A stretch of DNA of 64,000 nt from a virus: the UHGV virus genome UHGV-1682877; one strand, given 5' to 3'. The position numbers were made by a program, and so were the translations under genes. Below the pieces are notes generated by a model. The model had not been told where the DNA came from and made no database searches. It saw only the letters and a program-made list of their open reading frames with translations. This document shows, in pieces, positions 53,619 to 64,000 of this stretch; position 1 is the stretch's first letter, and every line of letters begins with the position of its first letter.

Positions 53619-56600
53619 TTGTTGAAATTTCCAGGTAGTGTACATAATCACTCGGAGTTCAGTAATATTCGTTTACGCGATTGTATCATAAAAGTAGAAA
53701 ATTTAATTGATACAGCTGTTTCTTTGGGGCATAAAGTATTAGCTATTACTGACCATGATTGTTTATCAGGACATTTATCTGCCTTATCTTATTATGAAAA
53801 GATTAAAAAAGATAATCCTGATTTTAAACTAATTTTAGGTAATGAGATTTATCTTTGTCGAAATGGATTAAATCAAGATAATTTTATTTCAGGAGAAGAT
53901 AGTTATTATCATTTTATCTTATTAGCAAAAGATAAAGAAGGTCATAAACAACTTAGAGAAATTTCTACTCGCGCATGGTTAAGAAGTTATAAAACAGGTA
54001 AAATGCGAAGAGTCCCCACTTATTATCAAGATTTAATTGATATTATTGATAATAATAAGGGTCATCTTATTGCATCAAGTGCTTGTTTGGGCGGTTTTCT
54101 ATCTTCAGAATGTTTAAAGTTAGCTGAAAATCCAGATGAAGAAAGAAAAAATCATCTTGTTAAATGGTGTAAATCAATGGTAAAATTATTTGGAGAAGGT
54201 AATTTTTATATTGAATTGCAGCCACCTGAGAAAAAAGATAATGAACAATATTTAGCTAATCAACAGCTATTAAAAATTGCAAAAGAATTAAATATTCCTT
54301 GGATTGTAACCACAGATTCACATTATGCTCGGTTAGAAGATCGACCAATTCATAAGGCATATCTTAATTCTCAAGATGGCGAAAGAGAAGTTGATGCTTT
54401 TTATGCTACAACTTATATGATGACTACTGAAGAACTTGAATCTCATTTTGATTTTTCTCTTGATGAAGCATATAAAAATATTGATTATATTGCTTCGCAG
54501 TGTGAAGATTATGATTTGCGGAAATCTCTAAAAATTCCACAATTACCTTGGAAAATTTTTAATCCAAAAAGTAATTTATATAATTGGGTAAATGATATTC
54601 CTCTTTTGAAGGAATTTATTGAATCTGATTATATTGGTGATGTGGAATTGGCTAAAGCTATTGTTGAACGATTAGAAAAAGATGAAACTTTAAGAAATCA
54701 AAAAACTTATGAAGCAATTAATGATTGTTTGGATAAAACTTGGGAATCATCAATAGTAAATAAAACTCATTGGAGTGCTTATTATTTAAATCTTCAAAAA
54801 ATTATTGATTGCTGTTGGGAGGCTGGCAGTTTAGTTGGCCCAGGTCGTGGCTCAGGTGTTGGTTTTATTTTGTTATATCTTTTAGATATAACGCAAATTA
54901 ATCCTTTGCGAGAAACTGTTCAAACTTTTAGTTGGAGATTTCTTAATCCTAGTCGAGTTTCTGTTTTGGATGTAGATGTAGATATTGAAGGATCTAAAAG
55001 AGCACAAGTTCTTTCTCACCTAAGAGAAGTTTATGGTGAAGATAGAGTTGCAAATGTTATTACTTTTGGTAAAGAAACTTCTAAAAGTGCTATTTTAACA
55101 GCTTGTAGAGGTTTAGGTATTGATGTAGATGAAGCCCAGTACATTGCATCTCTTATTCCCGCAGATAGAGGATTAATTCGCACTTTATCTCAATGTTATT
55201 ATGGTGATAAGGAAAATGGTTATCCTGTCATTAGACCTTTTGTTGATAAAATGAAAGAATATCCTGAATTGTGGGATGTAGCTCATAAAATTGAAGGTTT
55301 GATTTGTCGTTCTGGTATTCATGCAGGCGGAGTTATCTTTGTGGATGAGCCTTTTACTGAGTCTGCTTCTTTAATGCGTGCTCCTGATGGAACAATAGTA
55401 ACAGGTTACGATCTACATCGAGCTGAAGATGTAAGTCTTATTAAATACGATTTGCTGTCTGTTGAAGCTATGGATAAAATGCATAATTGTCTTGATCTTT
55501 TGCTTGCAGCCAATAAAATTCAAGATAAAGGTTCTTTAAGAGAAACTTATGAAGAAATTTTAGGTGTATATAATATTGAACGCAATGATTCTGAAATGTG
55601 GAAAATGGTTAATAACCATGAAATTCAATCTTTATTTCAAATGGAAAAACAAAGCGGAATACAAGGTATTGCATTAACTCACCCTAAATCAGTTGAAGAT
55701 TTAGCCCACTTAAATTCAATTATTCGATTAATGGCTCAGGAAAAAGGTGGAGAGCAACCTTTAAATAAATATGCTCGCTTTAAAGCAAATATTAATCTAT
55801 GGTATCAAGAAATGGAAAACTATGGATTAACTGAGCAAGAGCAAGAATTACTTAAACCATATCTTTCTGGTAGTTATGGTATATGTGAGAGTCAGGAAGG
55901 ATTTATGCAGTTAGTCCAAATTCCAGAGTGCGGTGGTTTTGATTTGACTTTCGCTGATAGTTTGCGGAAAGCTATTGCAAAGAAAAATCCTGCTGCATAT
56001 GATGAACTTACCAAAAAGTATTTTACAGAAGTAAAAGAAAAAAGTTTAAGTCAAAATCTTTGTAATTATGTTTGGAATGTGTTAGTTGCAACCAGTCGAG
56101 GATATGGATTTAATCTATCTCATACGCTTGCCTATTCTATCATTGCTGTTCAAGAAATGAATTTAGCTTTTAAATTTCCTATTGTTTATTGGAATTGCGC
56201 TTGTCTTATTAATGATGCAGGTGGAGAAGATGGAAGCACTGATTATAACAAAATTGCCACTGCTTTAGGAAAAATGCAAAAAGCAAATATTAAAATTTCT
56301 CTTGTAGATATTAATAATTCACAATATAATTTTGTTCCTGATGAGAAACAGAATTTAATTTGGATGGGTTTAAAAAGTTTGCTTAATGTCGGAGATGATT
56401 TAATTAAAGATATTATTGCTAAACGTCCTTATGATTCTATGATAGATTTTTACAATCGAGTTAGACCTAATAAACAAGCAATGATTACTTTGATTAAAGG
56501 CGGTGCTTTTGATAATTTGTCTCCTAGATATGACACAATGATTACTTATTTGTGGCTTACTTGTGATAAAAAATCAAGATTAACTTTACAGAATCTTCCA

Positions 56601-57458
56601 GGATTAATTAGACATAAAATTTTGCCAGAAGAAACAGAAGAACAAATAACTGCAAGAAAAATTTATGAGTTTAACAGATATTTAAAAAATGAATGTAAAT
56701 ATGACAATGAATATTATAAACTTGATGAAAGAGCTTTAAATTTTATTTATGAAATGGATTATGGGCATTGGATTGAAAATAATTATTTCTTAAATAAGAA
56801 AATTTGGGATAAAAATATTTATCAGACTTGGATGGACGTTTTTAGAAATTGGATTAATCAAGATAAACAAAATATTTTAAATAAATTAAATACAAGCATT
56901 TTTATGAAAGATTGGGAAAAATATGCTTCTGGTAATTTATCTTCTTGGGAAATGGAAGCTTTATGTTTTTATTATCATCCGCATGAATTAATTAATGTTA
57001 ATAAAAATAAGTATGGTATTGTTGATTTTGAACAATTGCCTATTGAGCCAGAAGTAGAAAAGTTTTTCAAAAAAGGTGCTGTTCAAATTCCTATTTATAA
57101 ATTACATAAAATTTGTGGAACTTGTATTGCAAAAAACAAACCGAAAGGAATTGTTTATCTTTTAACTACTACTGGGGTAGTACCAGTAAAATTGAGAAAA
57201 GAACATTTTGCTATTTTTGATAAACAAATTTCCGAACGTCAATCAGATGGAACTAAGAAAGTGATTGAAAAGAGTTGGTTTAATAGAGGCAATATGATTT
57301 TAGTCCAGGGTATTCGTCGAGGAGATGAATTTGTTAGTAAAAAATATGCTTCTAGTATTTCTCATCAACTATATCATATTGATAATATTGATGAACATGG
57401 AGATTTGATTTTAAGACATACAAGACTTCAAGGAGATATTGAAGATGAAGAAGATTAA
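53619..57458 (+). CDS. dnaE: DNA polymerase III alpha subunit (DnaE-type replicase with N-terminal PHP domain)
   Basis: PHP motif VHNHSEFS; GPGRGSGVGF matches pol III alpha polymerase-core signature; 1279 aa; TTG start. Confidence 0.85.
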   Translation: MLKFPGSVHNHSEFSNIRLRDCIIKVENLIDTAVSLGHKVLAITDHDCLSGHLSALSYYEKIKKDNPDFKLILGNEIYLCRNGLNQDNFISGEDSYYHFILLAKDKEGHKQLREISTRAWLRSYKTGKMRRVPTYYQDLIDIIDNNKGHLIASSACLGGFLSSECLKLAENPDEERKNHLVKWCKSMVKLFGEGNFYIELQPPEKKDNEQYLANQQLLKIAKELNIPWIVTTDSHYARLEDRPIHKAYLNSQDGEREVDAFYATTYMMTTEELESHFDFSLDEAYKNIDYIASQCEDYDLRKSLKIPQLPWKIFNPKSNLYNWVNDIPLLKEFIESDYIGDVELAKAIVERLEKDETLRNQKTYEAINDCLDKTWESSIVNKTHWSAYYLNLQKIIDCCWEAGSLVGPGRGSGVGFILLYLLDITQINPLRETVQTFSWRFLNPSRVSVLDVDVDIEGSKRAQVLSHLREVYGEDRVANVITFGKETSKSAILTACRGLGIDVDEAQYIASLIPADRGLIRTLSQCYYGDKENGYPVIRPFVDKMKEYPELWDVAHKIEGLICRSGIHAGGVIFVDEPFTESASLMRAPDGTIVTGYDLHRAEDVSLIKYDLLSVEAMDKMHNCLDLLLAANKIQDKGSLRETYEEILGVYNIERNDSEMWKMVNNHEIQSLFQMEKQSGIQGIALTHPKSVEDLAHLNSIIRLMAQEKGGEQPLNKYARFKANINLWYQEMENYGLTEQEQELLKPYLSGSYGICESQEGFMQLVQIPECGGFDLTFADSLRKAIAKKNPAAYDELTKKYFTEVKEKSLSQNLCNYVWNVLVATSRGYGFNLSHTLAYSIIAVQEMNLAFKFPIVYWNCACLINDAGGEDGSTDYNKIATALGKMQKANIKISLVDINNSQYNFVPDEKQNLIWMGLKSLLNVGDDLIKDIIAKRPYDSMIDFYNRVRPNKQAMITLIKGGAFDNLSPRYDTMITYLWLTCDKKSRLTLQNLPGLIRHKILPEETEEQITARKIYEFNRYLKNECKYDNEYYKLDERALNFIYEMDYGHWIENNYFLNKKIWDKNIYQTWMDVFRNWINQDKQNILNKLNTSIFMKDWEKYASGNLSSWEMEALCFYYHPHELINVNKNKYGIVDFEQLPIEPEVEKFFKKGAVQIPIYKLHKICGTCIAKNKPKGIVYLLTTTGVVPVKLRKEHFAIFDKQISERQSDGTKKVIEKSWFNRGNMILVQGIRRGDEFVSKKYASSISHQLYHIDNIDEHGDLILRHTRLQGDIEDEED

Positions 57459-57999
57459 AATTATTGCAATTGCAGGAAAAAGTGGTGCGGGGAAAGATTC
57501 TATTCTTTCCTCCGCCATTAAGCTTAATCCGCAATTAAACCCAATTATTTCTTGTACTACTAGACCTAAAAGAGATAATGAAACAGAAGGAAAAGATTAT
57601 CATTATCTTACTAATGAAGAATTCGCGGTTAAACTTTTAAATGGAGATATGCTAGAAGCTACTTCATTTAATGGGTGGTGTTACGGAACCTCTTATTCTA
57701 CTCTTGATACAAATAAAATTAATATTGGAGTTTTTAATCCAGAAGGTTTAGAAATTTTAAAAGACAATCCAAATATTATTTTAAAGATTTTTTATATAGA
57801 TGTATCAAATAAAGAAAGATTGATAAGACAACTTAATAGAGAAAAAGAACCTAATATTGAAGAAATTATTCGCAGATATGAGACAGATGAAAAAGATTTT
57901 AGAAGTTTTGTTTCAGAATTTAATTGTGAAATTTTAAAAAATTTAACTAGAAAAGATTTTACAGCTAGTGTGCAACGTATTGCTGGGCAAATCTTTTAA
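57445..57999 (+). CDS. deoxynucleoside monophosphate kinase-like P-loop kinase (T4 gp1-like)
   Basis: Walker A IAGKSGAGKDS at N-terminus; ATG 57445 after AGGAG. Confidence 0.5.
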   Translation: MKKIKIIAIAGKSGAGKDSILSSAIKLNPQLNPIISCTTRPKRDNETEGKDYHYLTNEEFAVKLLNGDMLEATSFNGWCYGTSYSTLDTNKINIGVFNPEGLEILKDNPNIILKIFYIDVSNKERLIRQLNREKEPNIEEIIRRYETDEKDFRSFVSEFNCEILKNLTRKDFTASVQRIAGQIF

Positions 58000-58060
58000 A
58001 TATAAATACTACAATTTGTATATATAATATGTATCAATAAATATATATAGAGGTGTAATA

Positions 58061-60349
58061 ATGTTTGATTTAATTAAACGTGATGGTTCAATCGCGGTTT
58101 TTAATAAAAATAAAATTGTTAATGCAATTAATAAAGCTTTTATTGAAGTAGACGGACAGTTGTATGAAGATGATACTGCAAAAGATATAGCAAATGAAAT
58201 TGAAAAAAAAATGCAGCATTATCCTGAAGGAAGTATTGGTGTTGAAGATATTCAAGATTGGGTTGAAGATTTTTTAATGCAGTCTTATCGAAGAGATGTG
58301 GCTAGAGCTTATATTCGTTTTAGATATAAGAAAGAAGTAGCAAGAGAAAAGAAAAATGATTTTATTAATGCTATTAGAGAAAAACTTGATGCTTCTAATA
58401 TTCAAAATCAAAACGCAAATGTTGATGAGTCTTCTTTTGGCGGGAGAACTGGTGAAGCAAGTGATATAGTCACAAAACAATTGGCTTTGGATTATATTGT
58501 TTCACCCATGGCCAGAAAAAATCATTTAAATAATGAAATTTATATTCATGATTTAGGTAGTTATTATGTAGGTAGTCATAATTGTTTATCTATTCCCTTT
58601 GATGATTTGCTTGCTAATGGTTTTAATACACGCCAGACAGATGTAAGACCGGCTCAAAGTGTTAATACTGCTTTTCAGCTTGTCGCAGTTATTTTTCAGC
58701 TACAATCTTTACAACAATTTGGTGGTGTGAGCGCAACTCATCTTGATTGGACAATGGTACCTTATGTAAGAAAGAGTTTTTATAAACATTATTGTGATGG
58801 ATTAAAATATTTTTGCGATTGGTCTGATAGTAGTTGCGCAGGAATGAAAATAAATCTTTTAGAAGAAAATTGTTCTATAAATAATATTAAATTTTTAACA
58901 CAGATAGGGATTGGAAACAAACCATATAAATATGCTATGGATATGACAATAAAAGAAACATATCAAGCTGTTGAAGGAATGTATCATAATCTTAATACAT
59001 TGCAATCACGCTCTGGAAATCAATTACCTTTTACATCAATTAATTATGGTACTTGCACACTACCAGAAGGACGTTTGGTAACTAAAGCTCTTCTCGATGT
59101 TTCAATAAAAGGAATTGGAAAATTACATAAAACAAGTATTTTCCCTTGCGGAATTTTTCAAATGATGAAAAATGTAAATCGTAAACCTGGAGATCCAAAT
59201 TATGATTTATATCAATTAGCGTTAAAATCAACCGCTCAAAGACTATATCCTAATTATGCAAATGTTGATTGGAGTGGAAACGAAGGTTATGATCCAGACG
59301 ATCCGTGTACATATTTCTCGACAATGGGGTGTAGAACGGCTAACGGATGGGATATTAATGGCCTAGGACAACGTAAAGATGGACGTGGAAATATTTGTCC
59401 TGTAACTATTATTATGCCTACTTTAGCTATGGAAGCTAAAGAAATTACTAATAATACAAAATTTAAATTTACACAGTTCTGCAATAAAGATGAATATGAA
59501 CAAAGTAAAAAAAATGGAACTTCTTATCACGTTCATATATTTATGGAGCTTCTGGATAAAAAAATTAATGAAGCAAAAGATATGTTAATTGAACGCTTTG
59601 AATGGATTTGTTCTCAATCTCCTGATTCAGCTAAATTCATGTATGAAAATAATGTTATGGCAGGATATATTCCAGAAGAAGGTATCCGTAGTGCTCTAAA
59701 ACATGGAACTTTAGCTTTGGGTCAAATTGGTCTTGCTGAGACTCTACAAATTTTGATTGGTAAAGACCACACCACTCCAGAAGGAATGGAATTAGCAAAA
59801 AAAATTGAATCTTTATTTAAAAAGCGTTGTGCAGAATTTAAAGAATATTATAAGTTAAATTTTGGTGTTTATTATACTCCCGCAGAAAATTTAGCTTATA
59901 CAGCAATGGAAAAATTTAAAGAAAAATATGGTATTATTCCTAACGTTTCAGATAAAGATTTCTTTACAAATAGTATACATGTTCCCGTTTGGAAGGAAAT
60001 GTCTCCTTTTGAAAAAATTGATATAGAATCTCAATTAACAGGATATTCAAGCGCTGGTTGTATTACATATATTGAATTAGATTCAACAGTAAAAAATAAT
60101 TTAGAAGCATTAGAAATTATAGTAAATTATGCTATGGATAAAGATATCCCTTATTTTGCAATTAATGTACCTAATGATACTTGTTTAGAGTGCGGATACT
60201 GTGATGAATTTAATGATAGTTGTCCTGAATGTGGTAGTAGTCATATTCAACAATTAAGAAGAGTAACCGGTTATTTAACAGGAGATTATAAAACTGCATT
60301 TAATCTAGGTAAACAGCAAGAAGTCTCTATGAGAGTAAAACATTTATAA
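58061..60349 (+). CDS. nrdD: anaerobic ribonucleoside-triphosphate reductase (class III, NrdD)
   Basis: N-terminal ATP-cone-like segment; C-terminal Zn-ribbon CLECGY...CPECG followed by glycyl-radical motif RRVTGYL; 762 aa. Confidence 0.85.
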   Translation: MFDLIKRDGSIAVFNKNKIVNAINKAFIEVDGQLYEDDTAKDIANEIEKKMQHYPEGSIGVEDIQDWVEDFLMQSYRRDVARAYIRFRYKKEVAREKKNDFINAIREKLDASNIQNQNANVDESSFGGRTGEASDIVTKQLALDYIVSPMARKNHLNNEIYIHDLGSYYVGSHNCLSIPFDDLLANGFNTRQTDVRPAQSVNTAFQLVAVIFQLQSLQQFGGVSATHLDWTMVPYVRKSFYKHYCDGLKYFCDWSDSSCAGMKINLLEENCSINNIKFLTQIGIGNKPYKYAMDMTIKETYQAVEGMYHNLNTLQSRSGNQLPFTSINYGTCTLPEGRLVTKALLDVSIKGIGKLHKTSIFPCGIFQMMKNVNRKPGDPNYDLYQLALKSTAQRLYPNYANVDWSGNEGYDPDDPCTYFSTMGCRTANGWDINGLGQRKDGRGNICPVTIIMPTLAMEAKEITNNTKFKFTQFCNKDEYEQSKKNGTSYHVHIFMELLDKKINEAKDMLIERFEWICSQSPDSAKFMYENNVMAGYIPEEGIRSALKHGTLALGQIGLAETLQILIGKDHTTPEGMELAKKIESLFKKRCAEFKEYYKLNFGVYYTPAENLAYTAMEKFKEKYGIIPNVSDKDFFTNSIHVPVWKEMSPFEKIDIESQLTGYSSAGCITYIELDSTVKNNLEALEIIVNYAMDKDIPYFAINVPNDTCLECGYCDEFNDSCPECGSSHIQQLRRVTGYLTGDYKTAFNLGKQQEVSMRVKHL

Positions 60350-60545
60350 ACTATATAAGGCAAACATTTATGTGGAAAATGTGTGGTATGTTTTTTTTGA
60401 TTAAAAGATTTAAGCAAATTTTAGTTAATACGAGCATAAAGCGCTTAACTGCTGAGGCAAAAGTTTGTACTGGAGAAGAATAAATTTCTGAAATGGCAAA
60501 ATAAGACAAAAATATTTGGTAATCAGTAGCAAAAGGAGAAAATAT

Positions 60546-60947
60546 ATGTCTAAGTTTTATTATGGAGACAGAGTTCGCGTTTCAAATACATATGTTGTAG
60601 ATAGGGCATGCGGTACTGTTGTTGGTAAAGTAAGAGCAAGGGGTGGCTACGCTCTTACTAAAGAAGGCAGTGATTCTAATAAAGAAAGTAGTGATGCTTT
60701 CAATTACTTAGTTAAATTAGATAATATTAGTTCTGCTTACTATACTATACATGGAAAAAATTGCAACTATATTTGGGGACATGCATCTGATAATGCTGAT
60801 TGTATCATTGTGAAAGAAAATGAGATGGAACATTTACAAGACTATTTTTCTAAAAATATTATACTTGAGTTCAATGAGCATACAATCACAGTAGAAAGGT
60901 TAGAAGAGTATGAACAATTTATTAAAAAAATATGCTTGTTATTTTAA
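60546..60947 (+). CDS. hypothetical protein
   Basis: Internal ATG of track ORF 60516..60947 after AAAGGAGAA SD. Confidence 0.5.
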   Translation: MSKFYYGDRVRVSNTYVVDRACGTVVGKVRARGGYALTKEGSDSNKESSDAFNYLVKLDNISSAYYTIHGKNCNYIWGHASDNADCIIVKENEMEHLQDYFSKNIILEFNEHTITVERLEEYEQFIKKICLLF

Positions 60948-61257
60948 TAAACAAGAAGGCCGAAGATATCCAGTTAGTAACCAAATTGTTACATGTGTAT
61001 ATATTACAGAAGATAAGCAAGAAGTAATTAATTATTTAAATAAAAATAATCTTTCTATTGCTAAAATGCGAAAAAATTTTATAGAATGGCAAGAAAATAA
61101 TGAACATTGGATATGGCATCCAATGTCAGAAGGTTTTAGAGGTTATAGATTTTATAAAGTTAAAATATCTAAAAACTATAACAATTATGAAGTTTTAAAA
61201 ACAATAATACTTCCTTGCTGTGCTAATTATTGTTGTTCTTGGGAGATAATGAAATGA
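60910..61257 (+). CDS. hypothetical protein
   Basis: 115-aa ORF overlapping neighbours; Cys-rich C-terminus. Confidence 0.4.
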   Translation: MNNLLKKYACYFNKQEGRRYPVSNQIVTCVYITEDKQEVINYLNKNNLSIAKMRKNFIEWQENNEHWIWHPMSEGFRGYRFYKVKISKNYNNYEVLKTIILPCCANYCCSWEIMK

Positions 61258-61727
61258 GATATGCAGCTATAAAAGAAAATGATATTGCAAATGGCCCAGG
61301 AGTAAATGTTTCTTTTTGGGTACAAGGTTGTAAAAATCATTGTACAGATTGCCAAAATCCTGAAACTTGGTCATTTACTGGCGGTAAAGAATTTACAAAA
61401 GATACATTAAATAATCTTTTTAAAGCATTAAAAGCAAATGGAATAAATAGAGATTTAAGTATTCTGGGCGGAGAACCGCTCTGCCCAGAAAATATTCCTA
61501 TTACTAAATATATAATTCAACAAGTAAAAGAAAAATATCCAGAAACTAAAATTTATTTATGGTCTGGTTATTATTATGATGAATTAGTCAAAAATAAGGA
61601 AATAAAAGAAGAAATTTTTCCTTATTTAGATATATTGGTGGATGGGCCTTACATTAATTCGCAAAGAGATATTACTTTAAAATGGCGAGGTTCCCGCAAT
61701 CAAAATATTATTTACTTGAAAAAATAA
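61254..61727 (+). CDS. nrdG: anaerobic ribonucleotide reductase activating enzyme (NrdG, radical SAM)
   Basis: GCKNHCTDC gives Cx3Cx2C; ILGGEPL; small size; adjacent to nrdD. Confidence 0.8.
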   Translation: MRYAAIKENDIANGPGVNVSFWVQGCKNHCTDCQNPETWSFTGGKEFTKDTLNNLFKALKANGINRDLSILGGEPLCPENIPITKYIIQQVKEKYPETKIYLWSGYYYDELVKNKEIKEEIFPYLDILVDGPYINSQRDITLKWRGSRNQNIIYLKK

Positions 61728-61775
61728 ATAATATATGTTATAATTATTTAAAGAAATAAATTAAGGAGTTCTTAA

Positions 61776-62126
61776 ATGATTGATAGATATGATTTTGAAA
61801 AAATGGGATATAATTCTCTCCCTAATATGACAGATGAAGAGCTTGAAAACTCTAAAAAGTTTATTTGTAATTTTTTAAAGACTCATCCTTCTTCTTATTA
61901 TATGATGTTAAATAATGAATCTCGATATTATACTTTGTATACTTTTACAGATAGTTATTTGTTTAAGACAATGACAGATGAAATTATTGATATTGTAAAG
62001 GCTTTAGGCCCAGTTAAATCTATTGAAACAGCAGAAGATGGAAATGCACTAGAATTTTGGATTGATTATAATGGTATTAAAGTTTTTTATTTCTTTGATT
62101 ATGCGAAAGGAGTAGTTGAAATTTGA
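61776..62126 (+). CDS. hypothetical protein
   Basis: 116-aa ORF; TAAGGAG SD. Confidence 0.55.
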   Translation: MIDRYDFEKMGYNSLPNMTDEELENSKKFICNFLKTHPSSYYMMLNNESRYYTLYTFTDSYLFKTMTDEIIDIVKALGPVKSIETAEDGNALEFWIDYNGIKVFYFFDYAKGVVEI

Positions 62127-62383
62127 GTATTAAAAAAGATATTTTTGTTGTTTATGACCCTGGTGTAATTAATTCTGAAGTTTTTATTACTAATACTAAC
62201 AAAAAATTTAGAGTTAGCTCTAATCCTAAAGATATGGCAGATCAAATTATGAGTATTGCTGAAGCAGAACAGATTTATAATGTTAAAATTCATGCTCCTT
62301 ATGCTATTGCTTCAGAAGTAAAAAATTATATTAATTCAAATAATGAATATATGAATAAAAATATTGTGATTGAGGATGTTTAA
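62123..62383 (+). CDS. hypothetical protein
   Basis: 86-aa ORF; AAAGGAG SD. Confidence 0.5.
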   Translation: MSIKKDIFVVYDPGVINSEVFITNTNKKFRVSSNPKDMADQIMSIAEAEQIYNVKIHAPYAIASEVKNYINSNNEYMNKNIVIEDV

Positions 62384-62386
62384 AAA

Positions 62387-62644
62387 ATGATTAATAAAAA
62401 TTTAATTAAAGTCACTAATGTTTATAGAGTTCCTACTGTTTATGATGCTCTTGCTTTGCGGGAGGAGCTTTCTAAAAATAATTATGGTGAATTAATTAGC
62501 TTTAGTTATACTACTAAATACGTTAAAGCAACAGATGAAGAATATCAAGTTGTTAAAGCTACAATAAGTTTTAATGATGAAAAGAATCCTGAAAGTAATG
62601 TTGATGCTTTTTATGGTTATAAGGAGGATGCAGATATTGATTAA
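62387..62644 (+). CDS. hypothetical protein
   Basis: 85-aa ORF. Confidence 0.5.
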   Translation: MINKNLIKVTNVYRVPTVYDALALREELSKNNYGELISFSYTTKYVKATDEEYQVVKATISFNDEKNPESNVDAFYGYKEDADID

Positions 62645-63179
62645 GTTTGAAAAAGTAAAGCGTTTTGAAAACGCAGATATTCAAATGCCGAAGAGAGGTA
62701 CCAAGTATTCCGCAGGTTATGATATGTATGTTGCGGAAAATATTATAATTCCGCCACTTGAGACTCATACAATGAATCTTTTGAAAAATTCCGTTCAAGT
62801 TTCTGATGATAATATTATTACTTTAGAACAAATGGAAAAGATTACAAAGGCTACTAAGGCTAAACCTACTCTTGTTTCTACTGGTGTAAAGTGTTATATG
62901 GAACCTAATCAGTATTTGCAGTTGGCGGTTCGTAGTTCAACTCCTCTTAAATACTGGCTGATTCAAGGTAATGCACCAGGCATTGTAGATGCTGATTATG
63001 CAGGCAATCCTGAGAATGATGGAGAAATTTTCTTTCAAATGATTAATTTAAGTCCTTTTGCTATTGAGTTAAAGAAAGGTGATCGTATTGGCCAAGGTGT
63101 AATTCATAATTATTCTGTAACAGATGATGATAAAAGTGAAAATGAACGCATTGGTGGATACGGTTCAACTGGTAGATAA
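62637..63179 (+). CDS. dut: dUTP diphosphatase (trimeric dUTPase)
   Basis: All five dUTPase motifs in order: SAGYDMY, VRSSTPL, GIVDADYAG, DRIGQG, RIGGYGSTG; TTG 62637 chosen for SD spacing (ATG 62628 is an alternative). Confidence 0.9.
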   Translation: MIKFEKVKRFENADIQMPKRGTKYSAGYDMYVAENIIIPPLETHTMNLLKNSVQVSDDNIITLEQMEKITKATKAKPTLVSTGVKCYMEPNQYLQLAVRSSTPLKYWLIQGNAPGIVDADYAGNPENDGEIFFQMINLSPFAIELKKGDRIGQGVIHNYSVTDDDKSENERIGGYGSTGR

Positions 63180-63688
63180 TGTCTAAATTTCTCTTGGCCT
63201 TAGATCAAAGTACAGCTATTACTGGATATGCTGTGTTTAAAGGCCAAGAGTTAATTACTTATGGTCATATTCATCCAGAAGGAGAATATATGTTAAGAAT
63301 TTCTAAATTAAGAGATTGGTTAGAAAATATAATTGATACTCTGAATGGAGATGTAGAAGTTATTATTGAAGATATACAACTACAAAAATATGAACCAAAT
63401 GGCAAAAAGATAAAAGCGAAAGATTTTGGAGTAGTTACTTATAAAAAACTTGCCCATGTACAAGGCGCGTTATTAAGTTTGTTAGAAAAAGAAAATATTA
63501 AATATGATGTTATTTCTTCTTCTGCTTGGAAAAAAACTTGCGGTGTAACTGGGAAAATTAGAAATGAGCAGAAAAAAAACGCGCAGGCTTTTGTAATTAA
63601 TAAATACAAAATAAAACCTACGCAAGATGAAGCTGATGCAATTTGTATTGGTTATCATGCTTTAAATAGAGGATTTGATTGGTCTTAA
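63179..63688 (+). CDS. RuvC-like Holliday junction resolvase
   Basis: N-terminal LALDQSTAITGYAVF resembles RuvC motif; acidic residues (IEDIQ, DEAD) downstream. Confidence 0.65.
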   Translation: MSKFLLALDQSTAITGYAVFKGQELITYGHIHPEGEYMLRISKLRDWLENIIDTLNGDVEVIIEDIQLQKYEPNGKKIKAKDFGVVTYKKLAHVQGALLSLLEKENIKYDVISSSAWKKTCGVTGKIRNEQKKNAQAFVINKYKIKPTQDEADAICIGYHALNRGFDWS

Positions 63689-63761
63689 AGGACAAAATAT
63701 ATTAATTAATTTCAAACTATTTTTAAATGTAATGAAGAATTTAAGGAGGTTGAAAAATCTT

Positions 63762-64000
63762 ATGATAACAGGCGCCTTCTTTGTCGAACATTGGTTTGAA
63801 ATTATTTTTGGTTTGATTTCTGCTGGTTTATTAGCTTATTTTAGAAATTTAGATAAAAAATTTCAGCAATATAAAGAAGCATTTGAAAAATTAAATGAAA
63901 ATAAACTAGATGAAACAATAGAAGAAAAATTAAATCCTCTTCAAGAACAAATTGATATAGAGAATAAGAAATTTGAAGCGTTAAAAGAAGATTATGGTGA
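63762..64000 (+). CDS. hypothetical protein, 3'-truncated by window end
   Basis: ATG after AAGGAGG SD; open to window edge; N-terminal hydrophobic segment then charged coiled-coil-like region. Confidence 0.5.
   Translation, partial: MITGAFFVEHWFEIIFGLISAGLLAYFRNLDKKFQQYKEAFEKLNENKLDETIEEKLNPLQEQIDIENKKFEALKEDYG

Overview
This window reads as a contiguous segment of a large, very AT-rich, virulent-type bacteriophage genome, with essentially every gene on the + strand. The host is probably a strictly anaerobic Gram-positive with an S-layer, inferred from an anaerobic NrdD/NrdG pair and two SLH-like C-terminal domains. Layout: 0.2-14.4 kb holds many small early-type genes, each behind a near-identical sigma70-like promoter/leader; 14.4-17.7 kb is tRNA array 1 with a GIY-YIG homing endonuclease inside it; 17.9-24.6 kb is a putative virion/structural block ending in a radical SAM/SPASM enzyme translationally coupled to a protein with about 19 CxxxC repeats; 25.1-26.4 kb is tRNA array 2 with GC-rich non-coding islands; 26.4-34.3 kb is an RNA-centred island (tRNA-like ncRNA next to a Ro60/Rsr-like vWA protein, an SLH subtilase, an RNA ligase, a YqeY-like protein, and a polynucleotide-kinase-like P-loop kinase with a metallophosphoesterase); 34.9-37.4 kb has PhoH-like, endolysin and holin candidates; 37.5-63.7 kb is a replication and nucleotide-metabolism module (RNase H, topoisomerase II, DNA ligase, ThyX-like, Sak4-like ATPase, DnaB, primase, RecJ-like, Dda-like helicase, DnaE, dNMP kinase, NrdD/NrdG, dUTPase, RuvC). 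The most interesting candidates for undescribed biology are the rSAM/SPASM plus Cys-repeat pair, the Ro60-like gene with an adjacent permuted tRNA-like RNA, and a conserved GC-rich 45-nt motif present three times. All calls come from reading the sequence and remembered family motifs; no database search or RNA-folding program was run, and tRNA and signal coordinates are hand-derived and approximate.
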